From contig NC_047080.1 of NCBI RefSeq assembly GCF_902459465.1, positions 4,526,001 to 4,590,000 on the forward strand: a stretch of 64,000 nucleotides of DNA, given 5' to 3'. Both the position numbers and the translations under genes were made by a program. The DNA is from Asterias rubens. Taxonomy: Eukaryota. The notes beneath the pieces were generated by a model. The model saw only the letters and a program-made list of their open reading frames with translations. It was not told the DNA's origin and made no database searches. Shown here in pieces: positions 13,901 to 25,900 of this stretch; the stretch's first letter is position 1; each line of letters begins with the position of its first letter.

Positions 13901-16900
13901 GAGAATTTTAAAGGCAAAGTATACCTTTGGTTTTTCCAAGAACTTAATTCAAAATTTGAGTCGGAGTGACTCAGGAGTGCCTGTCTGAAATGGTGTGACA
14001 TACATACCTGTTCAACTAGCTTTGAGTCTTCACTGTCGATCCCATTGGTGGTGCTAGAAAGCCATTTCTGGGTGCTTCGGAAAACGTCATCCATCAGAAG
14101 TCTGTCAAGAAACCAATCAAATCATTCTCTTAACTCAAACCCAACAAGAACAATTCTTTGTTTGTTTGTTTGTTTGTTTGACTTATCTTGTTTTGATCTT
14201 TGTTTGATCTGTATAGTTTTATAACAAAATTTTAGTCTTATGAATTACTCCCAATCTTTGTTTTGTTCAGTGTGACCCAGCCTGCAAGCTTTTGCGTTTA
14301 TGGGTGATGCCTCCATACATTTTCAGTCTGAATTGGAACTTACTGCTCATGAGGTTTCCCCGCTGCTTTTAGCTCCTCCTTCTGCGTGCTGCCGACGCAC
14401 TCGGCTGTCTCTTCGATTGTGACTAGCCAATCACTGAAGAGCTCATAGAGTCGCATCCACTCCCCGTCGATTGGCATAGCGCCCCCGTTTAAGATGGAGT
14501 TAAGCTTGGTGTCCCAGCTCTCTAGGGCATTGGCGATTTGGATGAATCCCTTGGCAGAACCTAGTAAGTCCAGAGGGTAAACAAAAATCAATGAAATAAT
14601 GGCTTCTGACGGGCACCCCCGAACAACAGGCATGTGAGTACCTATCAATGAAAAAAGAGGAAAAGAGAAAACTGGACAAGAAAAAAAGAGGAAAAGATAC
14701 TATTCCTATACTTTTGTACACAGAAAGTGAAGAAAAAAAGAGGAAAGTCAAAACCCCCAAAAAAGGAAGTCGCACATGCCTGAAACAAAGATGTTGACAA
14801 AATAGGGAGACTGCCAACATGGCTAGATAAGCTCAGTTGGTAGAGTGCCGGCACGATAACCAGGAGGTCTTTGGTTTGAATTCCGCTAAATAATTTTCTC
14901 TGCTCAACCCCATTTGAAATAAAAAAGAAGACCTTGTACAGAAGTGGGGTGTCGTGGCCGAGCGGATAAGAGCATCGAATTCAAGCTCTGGTGATTCTGT
15001 TCAGCGGAATGTGGGTTCGAATCCGGTCGTGACACTTAGTTCCTTGAGCAATACATTTCGAGACCTCAAATTCTAAACTTGAGGTCTCGAAATCAAATTC
15101 GTGGAAAGTTACTTTTTTCTCGAAAACTATTGCACTTCAGAGGGAGCCGTTTCTTACAATGTTTCATACTATCAACCTCCCCCCATAAGCCACTTCGGAA
15201 TTGCAGCTGCGCATGTCTGTTACTGCTGACAATGGGTTTTGCCTATCTCCCGTGACCTTTTGACAATACCCGCTGGTATTGTCAAATGGTCACGGGAGAT
15301 AGACAAATTGCGTTGTCAGCAGTAACAGACATGCGCAGCTGCAATTAGAAGTGGCTTATTACTCGTTACCAGGTAAGGTTTTATGCTGATAATTATTTTG
15401 AGTAGTTACCAATAGTGTCCACCGCCTTTAACATATAATCTTGCTTTGCATATTTGGACTCTTTGAATTTCTATCTTTTGGCAACTCTGATTGAATAAAT
15501 TTACTCACCATTTTCACCATTTACCCTGATGTGAAACTGCTTGTGCAAGGTATCACACTCCTAAGAATGATGGCAAAGATAGAAAAACAGAAAAGATTGT
15601 TACAATGATTATGACAATCTTTGCAGACCTTGAAGAACAAAATACACTTCTAAGTTACTCCGAATTTACTTTCTTGACTGAAAATACATAATTATTCCAA
15701 AGTATCCAGCAGGTATTGTTTCATTTGAAGTAAGTGCAACTTTGTATCATGTTGAAGCGATTGTGGAACGGCCAACCATTGTGTGAATGCGTGAATTTTT
15801 GAACAAAATCTGTCTGACAGCATAAACTCATCACCAAGGGATCATTTGTTGATTGTATCAACAATAAGGCAATATCTGCAGTATTGTTAAATATGATAAA
15901 ATTTTTAGTAAAAATAATTCCAGTAAAAGAGGAATACATTATTAAATCTGCTGTGAAAATTTAGTTCAAGGAAATTGAGATAGAAAGTTATTGTTATTTC
16001 TCTGCAAAATGAATTAGCATGCAATGATGCAAGACAAATACACAACGCTGTATCCAGTGCCATGAACAGATGGGCCCCAGCCCTCTCCCTCAAACGAACA
16101 TATTCTGCCACTAATTGCATCTGAGGAAAGAACTGAATCTTAAACGCAGAAAAAGTATGATAGTTTTAAAATATGGGGAAAACATTTTGAAAATCAAAGT
16201 AAAAAAAAGAAAAAAGATGGAGTATAATTCATTGTTAGGAAAGGAAAATGCAAAGTCGGGCTTACAATGAAGTATACACTAAAACTTACAGGTAAATTTA
16301 CAGAGAAATGTTAAAAAAGGGAACAGAGAAATTTAATAAATTAAGAAAATTGACAATGAAGAATTTAACAGTTAGAAATTTGCAGAGGCACTTTAAGAAG
16401 GCAAAGGTGGACGATAAAAAGCAAACGTTTCTTTGTCAGTTATTTACCTGTTTCACGGCCTGTTTGTATCGTAGCAAGCATGCAGTGCAATAAAACAATA
16501 AGCATTAGAATTCATAACATAAGGGTGCATTTACAAATCGCAAACAAGACAATTATAGACATCCATTGATCAAAATCTTCAATATAAAAAAACATACTGC
16601 ACTCACTGCAAAAATTATACCAACTTGTCATATAAATTGTTGACCATTTAAAAAATTTACAAACTTTGGTTAGTTTATATCACAGCAAACAATAAGACAC
16701 TCACCAAATGAAAATTTGAATTTATGAAGGTTAAACCAAGACAAAGAGAACAAAAATATGAAAATGAGAATTTAACTAAATGATTTTTTTGTAAATGGGG
16801 GGTTCCACGACCCAATGTCATGAAGCATTAAGCACCTGGGCCCAATTTCATGGCTCTGCTTACCGTAAGCACAGAATCGGCGCTTACGAAAGCAGGGAAT

Positions 16901-19900
16901 TATGTGCTTAGGGCAAGCGTATTTTACAGGTTAGTGGCGAATTTTGGCGTCTGCGTGTGCGTACTCCACGTAACTATGCATTCTTTGCTTACGAGGTTAG
17001 CACGGAAATTCAGCGCTTGCACGTAAGCGGGGAATCGTGATCGTAAGCGCATAACTCAGCGGTAAGCAGAGCCATGAAATTGGGCCCTGCTAGACACAGA
17101 AGAATCTTGCTTAGCAAAAACAGGTAACAGCGAACATTATATACAGTTTACATTGTCCCGACTGGAGCCCCACTCATCTTTTGGTTAGCAAAGAAACTAG
17201 TTAAGCAGTGTTTTCTGCTAAACGGCTATATGAAATTGGGCCCAGCTAGCAATGTTCTCTTTAGAGCTATAACACACACTTTTAGCTATAGAACAAAACC
17301 CATAGACAAACATGAACAAAAATTGCATGCAGAAAACATGGCAAACAAGTGTCAAAACATACACTAAAAGAACTATTTTAAGGAATATGCAAGCAAAATC
17401 TTAGCAATTTGGGAATTCTCTAACTTAATCAAAACATTTACAAATGTACAAATTCATTCATGCATAATTTCAATGTGACCTTTTACCTCAGTTAGCTGGA
17501 GTGAATAGAATAGAGTGCGCATGTTAAAAAAAAGGAGAAAATGAAGACAAAAATTATCAATAAAATATGAAGACATCAAAATTAGTTTTGATAAAATACT
17601 GAAATAAAAGAGGAAACAAGTTGTTCTGCTGAAAGTTGCATGTAGGACAAAGGGCACAAACAAATGATGGCAGTTACTTTACATTTATACTGTGTTAAAG
17701 ACAGTAGACACTATTGGTAATTGTCAAAGACCAGTCTTCTCACTTGGTGTATCTCAACATATATGCATAAAATAACAAACCTGTGAAAATTTGAGCATCC
17801 TTCGGTCGTCTAAGTTGCGAGATAATAATGAAAGAAAAAACACCCTTGCCACACCAAGTTGTGTGCTTTCAGATGCTTGATTTCGAGACCTCAAATTCTA
17901 AACCTGAGGTCTCGAAATCAAATCCACCGAAAATTACATGTTTCTCGAAAAACTACGTTACTTCAGAGGGAGCCCTTTTCACAATGTTTTATACTATCAA
18001 CCTCTCCCCATTACTCGTTACCAAGTGAGGTTTTATGCTAATAATTATTTTGAGTAATTACCAATAGTGTCCACGGCCATTAAACAGTATCCTACAAGGT
18101 ATGCATAGCTAAGTTTTGAAGTATGAGACCTATTCCTTTTACATATAGCACTATTCAATGGTTTATAGGAGGTGCTGTGACCAATTGTGCAGCCAATCAA
18201 ACCAGGAAGACTGGAGTCGGATTCCTTTTCTTTAACAAGTAGTGCACTGGTTTTTTGTGGCAAGCACAACACAATTCACTCAGGACCTACAGCTTGATGT
18301 CCCATCCAAAGGACAAAGCAGTTATGCAAAGTATTTTGCTCAAGGACAAAACTACAACAACTTCAGCTGAGTCCAATGCTTTTAACAGCTCGACCTGCCT
18401 TTTCTATATTGCTCTACAATCTATAGTTTGTATATACTCAGCGCCTTGAGTACCTTGTTTGGTAGATACGTGCGCTATACAATACTTCAATATTAATTAT
18501 TATAAGCTGTACAAATTTAAAATACTTCCACCATTCAATCTTTGCGCCTCTCTTACCTTATTCAATTGTAGTAGTCTCTCATGCTCTGGATAATCAGATC
18601 CGTTCTCCGGCCGATGACGGTTGAAGATGTGAAGAGCCACCTCCGTCCACATCTCCACCTGTTTCTTAATGGTATACATGCCCTCCTCAAAACCCAACAA
18701 GATGTCTCCTCCATACTTCTCAACTTCTTTATTCAGTTGCTGCAGCAAAATATTAAGATAACAATATTTCAGCTTTACCCTTTGTAAGTTTTTGTGAGGC
18801 TGAGTAGCCATAACCTCAGTTTGTAAGCGTAGGTTCTTGTGAGCTTACTGTAGTTAATACTGGGTTGTATAATGATACAGAGACTCACGCTCGGTCGCTC
18901 TGGCTCCTCTGGTCTTACTTGTCACAAAAGTCCTCAGAATCACAGGTCCTTAGGTAGACTCAATGACGGTTATAAATGCACACTCAAAAGACTAATAAGT
19001 TGGGATTCTTATGCCTCATGGTGTTGATTATTCATACTCGGAAATCAGACTGATTGCATCACGCTACCCCGAAAAGCACGCCCGCAGTGGGCACTCTTAA
19101 GGTGCTAGTATCACATGACCCGGCACATTAGATTTACCCAGTCCTCCCGGCAGTGCTTCAACTGGCACTACATTACATTAGACAGACATTGTAGGGGGAT
19201 TTTTAGGTAGGATCTGTACATGTGGGTGTTTTGACATTGTGGGGTACACCCACAAGGTTGTTAAAGCCATTGGACACTTTTGGTAAACAGTATTTTCCAA
19301 GGGCCTACACTTTGTGTATCACAACTTATATATAAAATAACAAACCTGTGAAAATTTAGGCTCAATCGGTCATCGGAGTCGGGAGAAAATAACGGGAAAA
19401 CCCATCCTTGTTTACGCACGTTTCGCCGTGTCATGACATGTGTTTACGATAAATCCGCAATTCTCGATATCGAGAATTGATAATTGTTTTCATGTTTTCT
19501 CAAAAAGTGAAGCGTTTCATGGAATAATATTTCAAGAGAAGTCTTTCACCACTACCTTCTGTAAACCCTGTAGGTTATTTGTAAATCTGTGAACTTTTTT
19601 TCTTTTTTTCTTTTCTGTTCCGAAAGTGTCCACTGGCTTTAACAGGACAAATTAAAGAAAAAAGATCATGGATAACACCTGGGGATCAAGCCCACAATGT
19701 CTCTATACTTATTATGTCTGGGGCTGAGAAGCTTACCTGCATTGTTAGAAACTGCATTTGTAGGTTTTTGCTGGGCTGAGTAGAAACCTGCATTTGTAGG
19801 TTTCTGTATAGTGACCCGAAAATTGTAAGTTTTTGAAGGGCTATTCGGTGTTTGTAAGTTTTTGTGGGCTGAGTAGCTACCGGCAATTGTAAGTTTTTGT

Positions 19901-22900
19901 TGGGCTGAGTAGCTAGACTGCTATTGATATTTTCATTCATGGAGTACGTGTATACATACCTCTTCCCATGAGCGAATATCATTGTATAACGTCTGAATCA
20001 TCTCCATCTTTGGTGCTTGGATCACTGTGTGGATGTTCTCACTACATCTGCTATAGGAAATAAAACACAGTTTACAATTAGCAGATTGAACATTGCGTTA
20101 GTCATTAGATAAAGGTCACCGTGGTCTAGTGGTTAGACTGCAGGACTTGCAAACAGACTGCAGGATTTGCAATCACAAGGTTAATAATAATAATAACCGT
20201 ATTTATAACGCGCCTTTTGCCAGAGGATACAAAGCGCCAAGTATTATTACTGCAAGGAGTTTGAGATATAAGACCTAGTCCTTAGCAACCATGTAATGGT
20301 TTACAAGGTGCTGTGGCGCAGTATGCTGCCAATCCAGCCAGGAACACCGGGGCTAACCCCTTCTCTTTACGATAAGTGCACTGGGTTCTTTTACATTCGT
20401 TTACACAACACATGGGACAAACAGCTTTACATCCCATTCGAAGGACGAAGCTAAGTGTCTTGCTTAAGGACACAAGTGTCATGGCTAGGGATTCGAACCC
20501 GCACTCTGCTGATGAGAAACACCGGAGTTTGAATTCAGTGCTCATAACCACTCGGCCACGACACAATCACAGGGTTGTGGGTTTGAATCCTACCAAGCTA
20601 ATCGGTTAGACTGAAGGGCATGCTATCACAAGGCTGTAAGTTCGAAACCTACCATGCTAACCGTTGATTTCACAATGACTAGAATACGTATCGTTGTCTT
20701 GTTTACTGAATAGACCGATCCATTAAGCTCCGCCCCATGGGGTATTGACCAATCATAACGTAACGAAGGTCCGACAAATAAGGTCCGACATGCGTGCGCG
20801 TATCTTGACGTGCGCGCCGGAGTTGTGCAGAAAGGCATTGGAGAACCCCACGTGTTCTTGCTCACATGTGCATCGTGGGCGGAGCCTACTGGATTGGTCT
20901 ACTACAAGTTCTTGATTTGTGTCATAATCACAGACGTTAAACCAATGAGAGACTTTTTGGACTCTTGGTGGCAGCAGACTTACCAGGTAAAATCCATTGT
21001 TCTCGATAATGTACGCATGCTCAGACCTACGTAAACAGTGGAAATTTACCTGGTAAGTCTGCTGCCACCTAGCGTCCCAAAGTCTCCGATTGTATCAGAG
21101 AGATTGGCTTTTGCCAGCTTGGCATTTAAATACCCTTGTTGAGTTTTCACCCTTGTTGAGATAATGTAAACAAACAGGTCATGGACATATTTATAATGAT
21201 GCCCCTATCTTCCACACTAAAAAGTTTGGCGTCAACCAAAAAGGAATGAAATAGTTGTAACTTTCCCTGACATGCCTGAAATCATTTTGTGCTGCGAGTG
21301 GAGCGTGTATGTAAAGGCATTAGGGTACAATTAGAAAGATTATTTTGTGAGATGCTCTGTGATATGTGATTAATCAGTTTGTAGAGGGTGGATTGAGTGG
21401 TGGACATGGTGGATAGTGTGATGGGTGGGGTGAGTGACGATGACTTTTTTTCAAAGGCAGCCAAGACTTGAATAACCAATAGTCTGTGCAAGGGGTGACA
21501 ATTTGCTCTCTCATGGAAAACCAAAACTGAGTTCCTAAAAGAAACACTTGTACAAAACCCATGAAACTGTTGAGATCCATGGATACAACAAAATCACAAA
21601 CAAACAAACAAACACTTCAACAACAAAAACAAACAAAGAAACACTAAGAACTGCGTGAAACACTTCAAGCCTCTATGGATGTCGCAATCCTAGTAAAGTT
21701 GATGAAGCTACTGTACAAACTATACATGACTCATCATGCATCATGACACACTGCAATCAGAAATGCTGAAAAGCAAAACATCACCTGGATTCTCTGGTAG
21801 TCGAGGCCGATACCAGACTGGCTTCCGTCTGAATGCTTGCGATTTAGGACAGATTAGAGTTCTTGTTAGTTTTTTATGACTCATTAGTATTAATTTTTTA
21901 AGGAAGAATTGCAAATAAAGGATTTGAGGCATTGCATGGTGAGGTATAAACATATATTTGGTTTGCGGTAACACCATGTGTGTATCTACTTGCCAGGTAG
22001 AGTTTGTTCTTAGAGAACTGTCTTGCTTAATTCTACTACCGCGGAGTAGATTGTTCGGGTGTTCGGGAGACTTCTCAGTTCTGAAAAGAACTGTCCTGCT
22101 AATTATTATCTATTACATGGGCAGATGGTATAGAAATAGGCTGGGACTACTACTTTAGCTAGTAGGATCGTAATTAACTGTACTCATGAATCTACTGAAT
22201 AGTAGCTTTAGCCCAATCACTTGTGCAATATTTTAAGTCATTTTAATTTATCTACAAGTTTAGGTTTTATTTATTTATTTATTTCCCTTTAAATTTAATT
22301 TAATTTAATTTATTTTTTATTCTTAATATATATTTATCATTTTCTATTGGTTTTTAATTTTCTGCTTTTATTATTGCTTTGTGTACTATATTATGTTAAA
22401 TCTATATTAATTTTATTGAGTACCCCAGATGTGGGGCAACAGATCTACGGATCATAGTGTGTATTTGCTTTTGTTGTCCCTTGCCCAACTTGGGGTATAA
22501 TGTTGTCAATGTATTTTGTTTTGTACTGTTATGGCGAATAAAATAATAATAATAATAATAATAATAACTACCGCGGAGTCAGTTCTTGGGTTGGTCTCAA
22601 CGTTTCGACTAGCTTGCTCTAGTCATCGTCAGAGAATTGAAATCTTAAACAGGTGGTTACTTAAGGTAAGCTTCATGTTTTTTTTAGGTTTTCCAGGGTT
22701 ATCAGAGGAACACATAACCTCTCCTCTTGTTCAAGTCTGCGATTCTCCAAAGCAAAATCAAATAGGAGACTTTGGGCCAGTAGGTGGCAGCAGATATTGT
22801 GGGTAATTTTCCATTGTTTTTAAGGTACTATGAGCATGCACATTATTTTGATAAATGATAGATTTGCAAAGTCGGTTTGCTAGTTGCCACAATTAAAAAA

Positions 22901-25900
22901 CTCAGTCCAGAACTTTCTGTGTTTAACAGTTTTATAAAATTGGGCTCTCTCTCAGGCAAACAATATTGCTTATTATCGTAATATCCTTTATAGACTTTAA
23001 GGTGATCATTTGAGTGCTGCATGCTTCCCAGGTTATACACAATAACTTGGGTGTGATCCCGGCTTCACGGCAGTTACAAATTATATGGCTTCTGACTGGC
23101 ATCCCCAAATAAATCCGGAGTTTGTTTGTTCATTTCCTACTCAAGCCATCTTTTTCTTGTCCAACCCCAAATAATTAAAAATTTACCCAAACAGATTCCC
23201 TTCAGGCTCATTACTTGATATTTCAAAAAATAAATTGTTTAAAAACTCACACAACAAAAGTGTCAAACTCTCGTATCCATCTCTCGATTCCTTTCCGGAT
23301 TGAACCCAGCCGACTGTGAGACATCTCGTCCCCTTGGCTTAGATCGTCGGCAAACTTGATGGTCAGTTGCCGGTGGGTCGCGATGTAGCCCTGTAGCTGT
23401 GATAGCTGGTCGGTATCGCGGTCACTCAGCACGATGGTAAAGTGATTGGCCAGCTTAGACCACGCCCTCTCGCTGATGTGAAGACGTCGGGCAGTAGAGA
23501 GTGAATTTGCCTCGGTGACCTACAAAGACAAAGCAGGATCGGTGATAATCGCAAACAAACATAGAATTCGAACTGCCTCAACAGGGCAATCGGTGGTCTA
23601 GTTGGTAAGACACTGCTGTAGAATTGCAAAGGTCGCGGGTTCGAATGATTAATGAAGAATAAAACTAAGGAGGGAGGTTGAGGGAGGAGGCTGGTTCAAC
23701 CACTAAAGGGTTGAAAACACTAAGGACAAAATCAAAGGATGGGAAAGTAGGTTACCTTGAGGGCCAAGTTGTAGGCTGCTCCACTCCACAGTTCCTTCTC
23801 TCTGGAGAGTGCGATGACCTGGGTTTCAAGACGAGCTCGTTGGAGCTCGTACAACTCATGGTACTCTGCTAGTAGGCTACAAGAGAAAAAAAAATGACGG
23901 AAATCAAAGTGGTGAAAAACAAGTTTCAATTGTAAGCGACACAGTGTTCATGATGGTAAATCAAGCAAAACCAACAAAACAACGAGAGATTTTTCACTTT
24001 CTGTCAATATTTCTTTTTAATTCACGGCGCTTTACGATGGAGGCTCCAGACGATCAATTTGTTTTAATACACATTGGTAAACAGTCTAAGTTATTATAGA
24101 ATCTTTTCAATCTTCTATACTTACCCAGCGTTTTTTTCTGATTCAGCTAGTGCTGCTGCGAGCTGTAAACAAAACATATAAATAATATAAATAAACTACC
24201 AGGGAAAATGAATGGGTTTATTTTTAAACAATTTAGGGTTGAGCAAGTGGCTTCGGATAGTTCAAGATATGACAGGAGACCACAAAATCAGGGCTAGATA
24301 GCTCAGTTGGTAGAGCGCTGGTGTGTTTATCCAGAGATTGCTGGTTCAAGTCCTGCCCTAATAAGTTTGTCTTCGTTCGACCCAAACTAAGTGCTTTACT
24401 TATCCTTGAAAACATAAAGCTCCAGCCGTCGATTTCACAAAACTCTTCCTAACTTAAGACTAATCTTAGGACCCCAGGAGATTAAGAGAAAACCCTGAAA
24501 TCGGGAACAACCAGTGCTTTTCAAAGCTAGAGCCACTATCGCTTCAACAACACAAGAGATCTTGAAATGGTGTAAGATTTAACTGTGAAGCTCACCTCTT
24601 GCTGTGCTTGCTGGGCCTGTGAGGTCACGACCTTGTCATGCTCCCTTACATCGGACAGCTCACTGAAAACAAAAATCCAGAAATGCTGAGTTTGTGACTT
24701 GATTCATGTTGAAATATATCAAGTTGGTGCGTCAATACAGGGTCTTTTACATTATGTGCACATGGTCGACAGGGGTAAATTAATATTAGATACACTCTCA
24801 CTGAACAAATAATTTGTTTGTAGAAAGTCCGCCAACATCACGCTAAGCCAGAGGTCGTTGGTTCAAATCCTGCTCTCGTAAATTTGTGTTCGTTCAACCC
24901 CAAGTCAAATAGCTTTTGAAGTGTTGTTTCATGACAAAGTCATTTGTCTTAATTTCAGGAATTTTTCCTGGGGGTGGCTTTGAAACAAAATTGATTAGCG
25001 GCTTACTCAGTTAGGTCTGATATGGACGTCTTGAAACGGAAGAGTTCTTCAGTCAACCTCCTGTCCAGAGCTCTCTGGGCCATGACTTCTTGATGTAGAC
25101 TGGGAACAAGGTTGAGAAAAAAAGATGTGTTACTTGTTGGATAGCACATCACACATTTGCAAAGCGAACAAAATCAGTAATGATGCAAGTTACCACTTAA
25201 CATCCAACTTAAGGTAATGCACATTGTCAAAAATGTTTGCGACAACAGTCTTTGGAAGTAAAACCAAAGTTGACTTTCTCATTCCAGATGCTTGAAGCAC
25301 ATTCAAACACAAAAAAAGAAAGTTATCATAGTACAACCATCTTGTTGTTCTCCCATTTAACCTTATTTGCCCAAAGTGAGGTTGGAAGGCAGAATAGCCT
25401 GGTCATGTTTTGGCATAATCTGGAATCTGTGTTCATGATTGATTTTGCAAATAGGAAGCACAACAAAGATGACAGCAGAATGAAGGTCTTTAAGACAACT
25501 GTAACAAATGTGATGAGACAATGAAAATTGGGGTAAGACGGGAAAAATCAGATTGATTTGGTTCCTACCTCTTGACTTGTCTTGGTACTTTGTCCAGCAG
25601 TTTGCTGTACCTCTGCCTGAGGTTAGCCAGGAGCTCCCCTCTCTCAGCACACTCTACACTAACCTGATTGCAGTTATATAAAATAAGGCGAACAGAAAAT
25701 GTCAACAAACAGAAAGTAAAATTTTTAAATTTTTGAAATTCCAATAATATATCTAAATTCAGTACGCAGAGAGCTTTCCAACGAAATCCAACACTTGGTA
25801 CGTAGTGATTCAGGACATGAATGAATTTTTGTTGAAATTTGCTGGGAAACCTTTGATAATGATGATTAGCATTAATATTAAACCACATACCTGTCTGATC

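Noticed and set aside
14944-15055. tRNA-Leu, tRNA-Cys and other tRNA-like sequences (also 3025, 20118, 24290, 34790, 52660, 54727, 63755)
   Set aside because: Broken acceptor and anticodon stems, continuation into shared non-tRNA bodies, and many diverged copies: SINE heads, not tRNA genes.
16030-16120. Possible extra AXDND1 exon (ctcag|MQLVAEYVRL...)
   Set aside because: Good acceptor but no clear donor. Exons 18557 and 15560 already join in phase with a sensible sequence (LLQLNK|ECDTLHKQFHIRVNGENG).
17828-18041. Recurrent ORFs such as [12 protein letters not shown] and MKEKTPL (also 26662, 42503, 53482)
   Set aside because: Chance frames of the family A MITE; no transposase motifs.
19745-19920. 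Repeat-spacer appearance suggesting CRISPR
   Set aside because: Units are degenerate and contiguous, spacers are not unique or of constant length, there are no cas genes, and the context is a eukaryotic intron.
21782-21830. GC-rich patch resembling an AXDND1 exon
   Set aside because: No frame fits the phase 2-2 requirement between 23251 and 20050.
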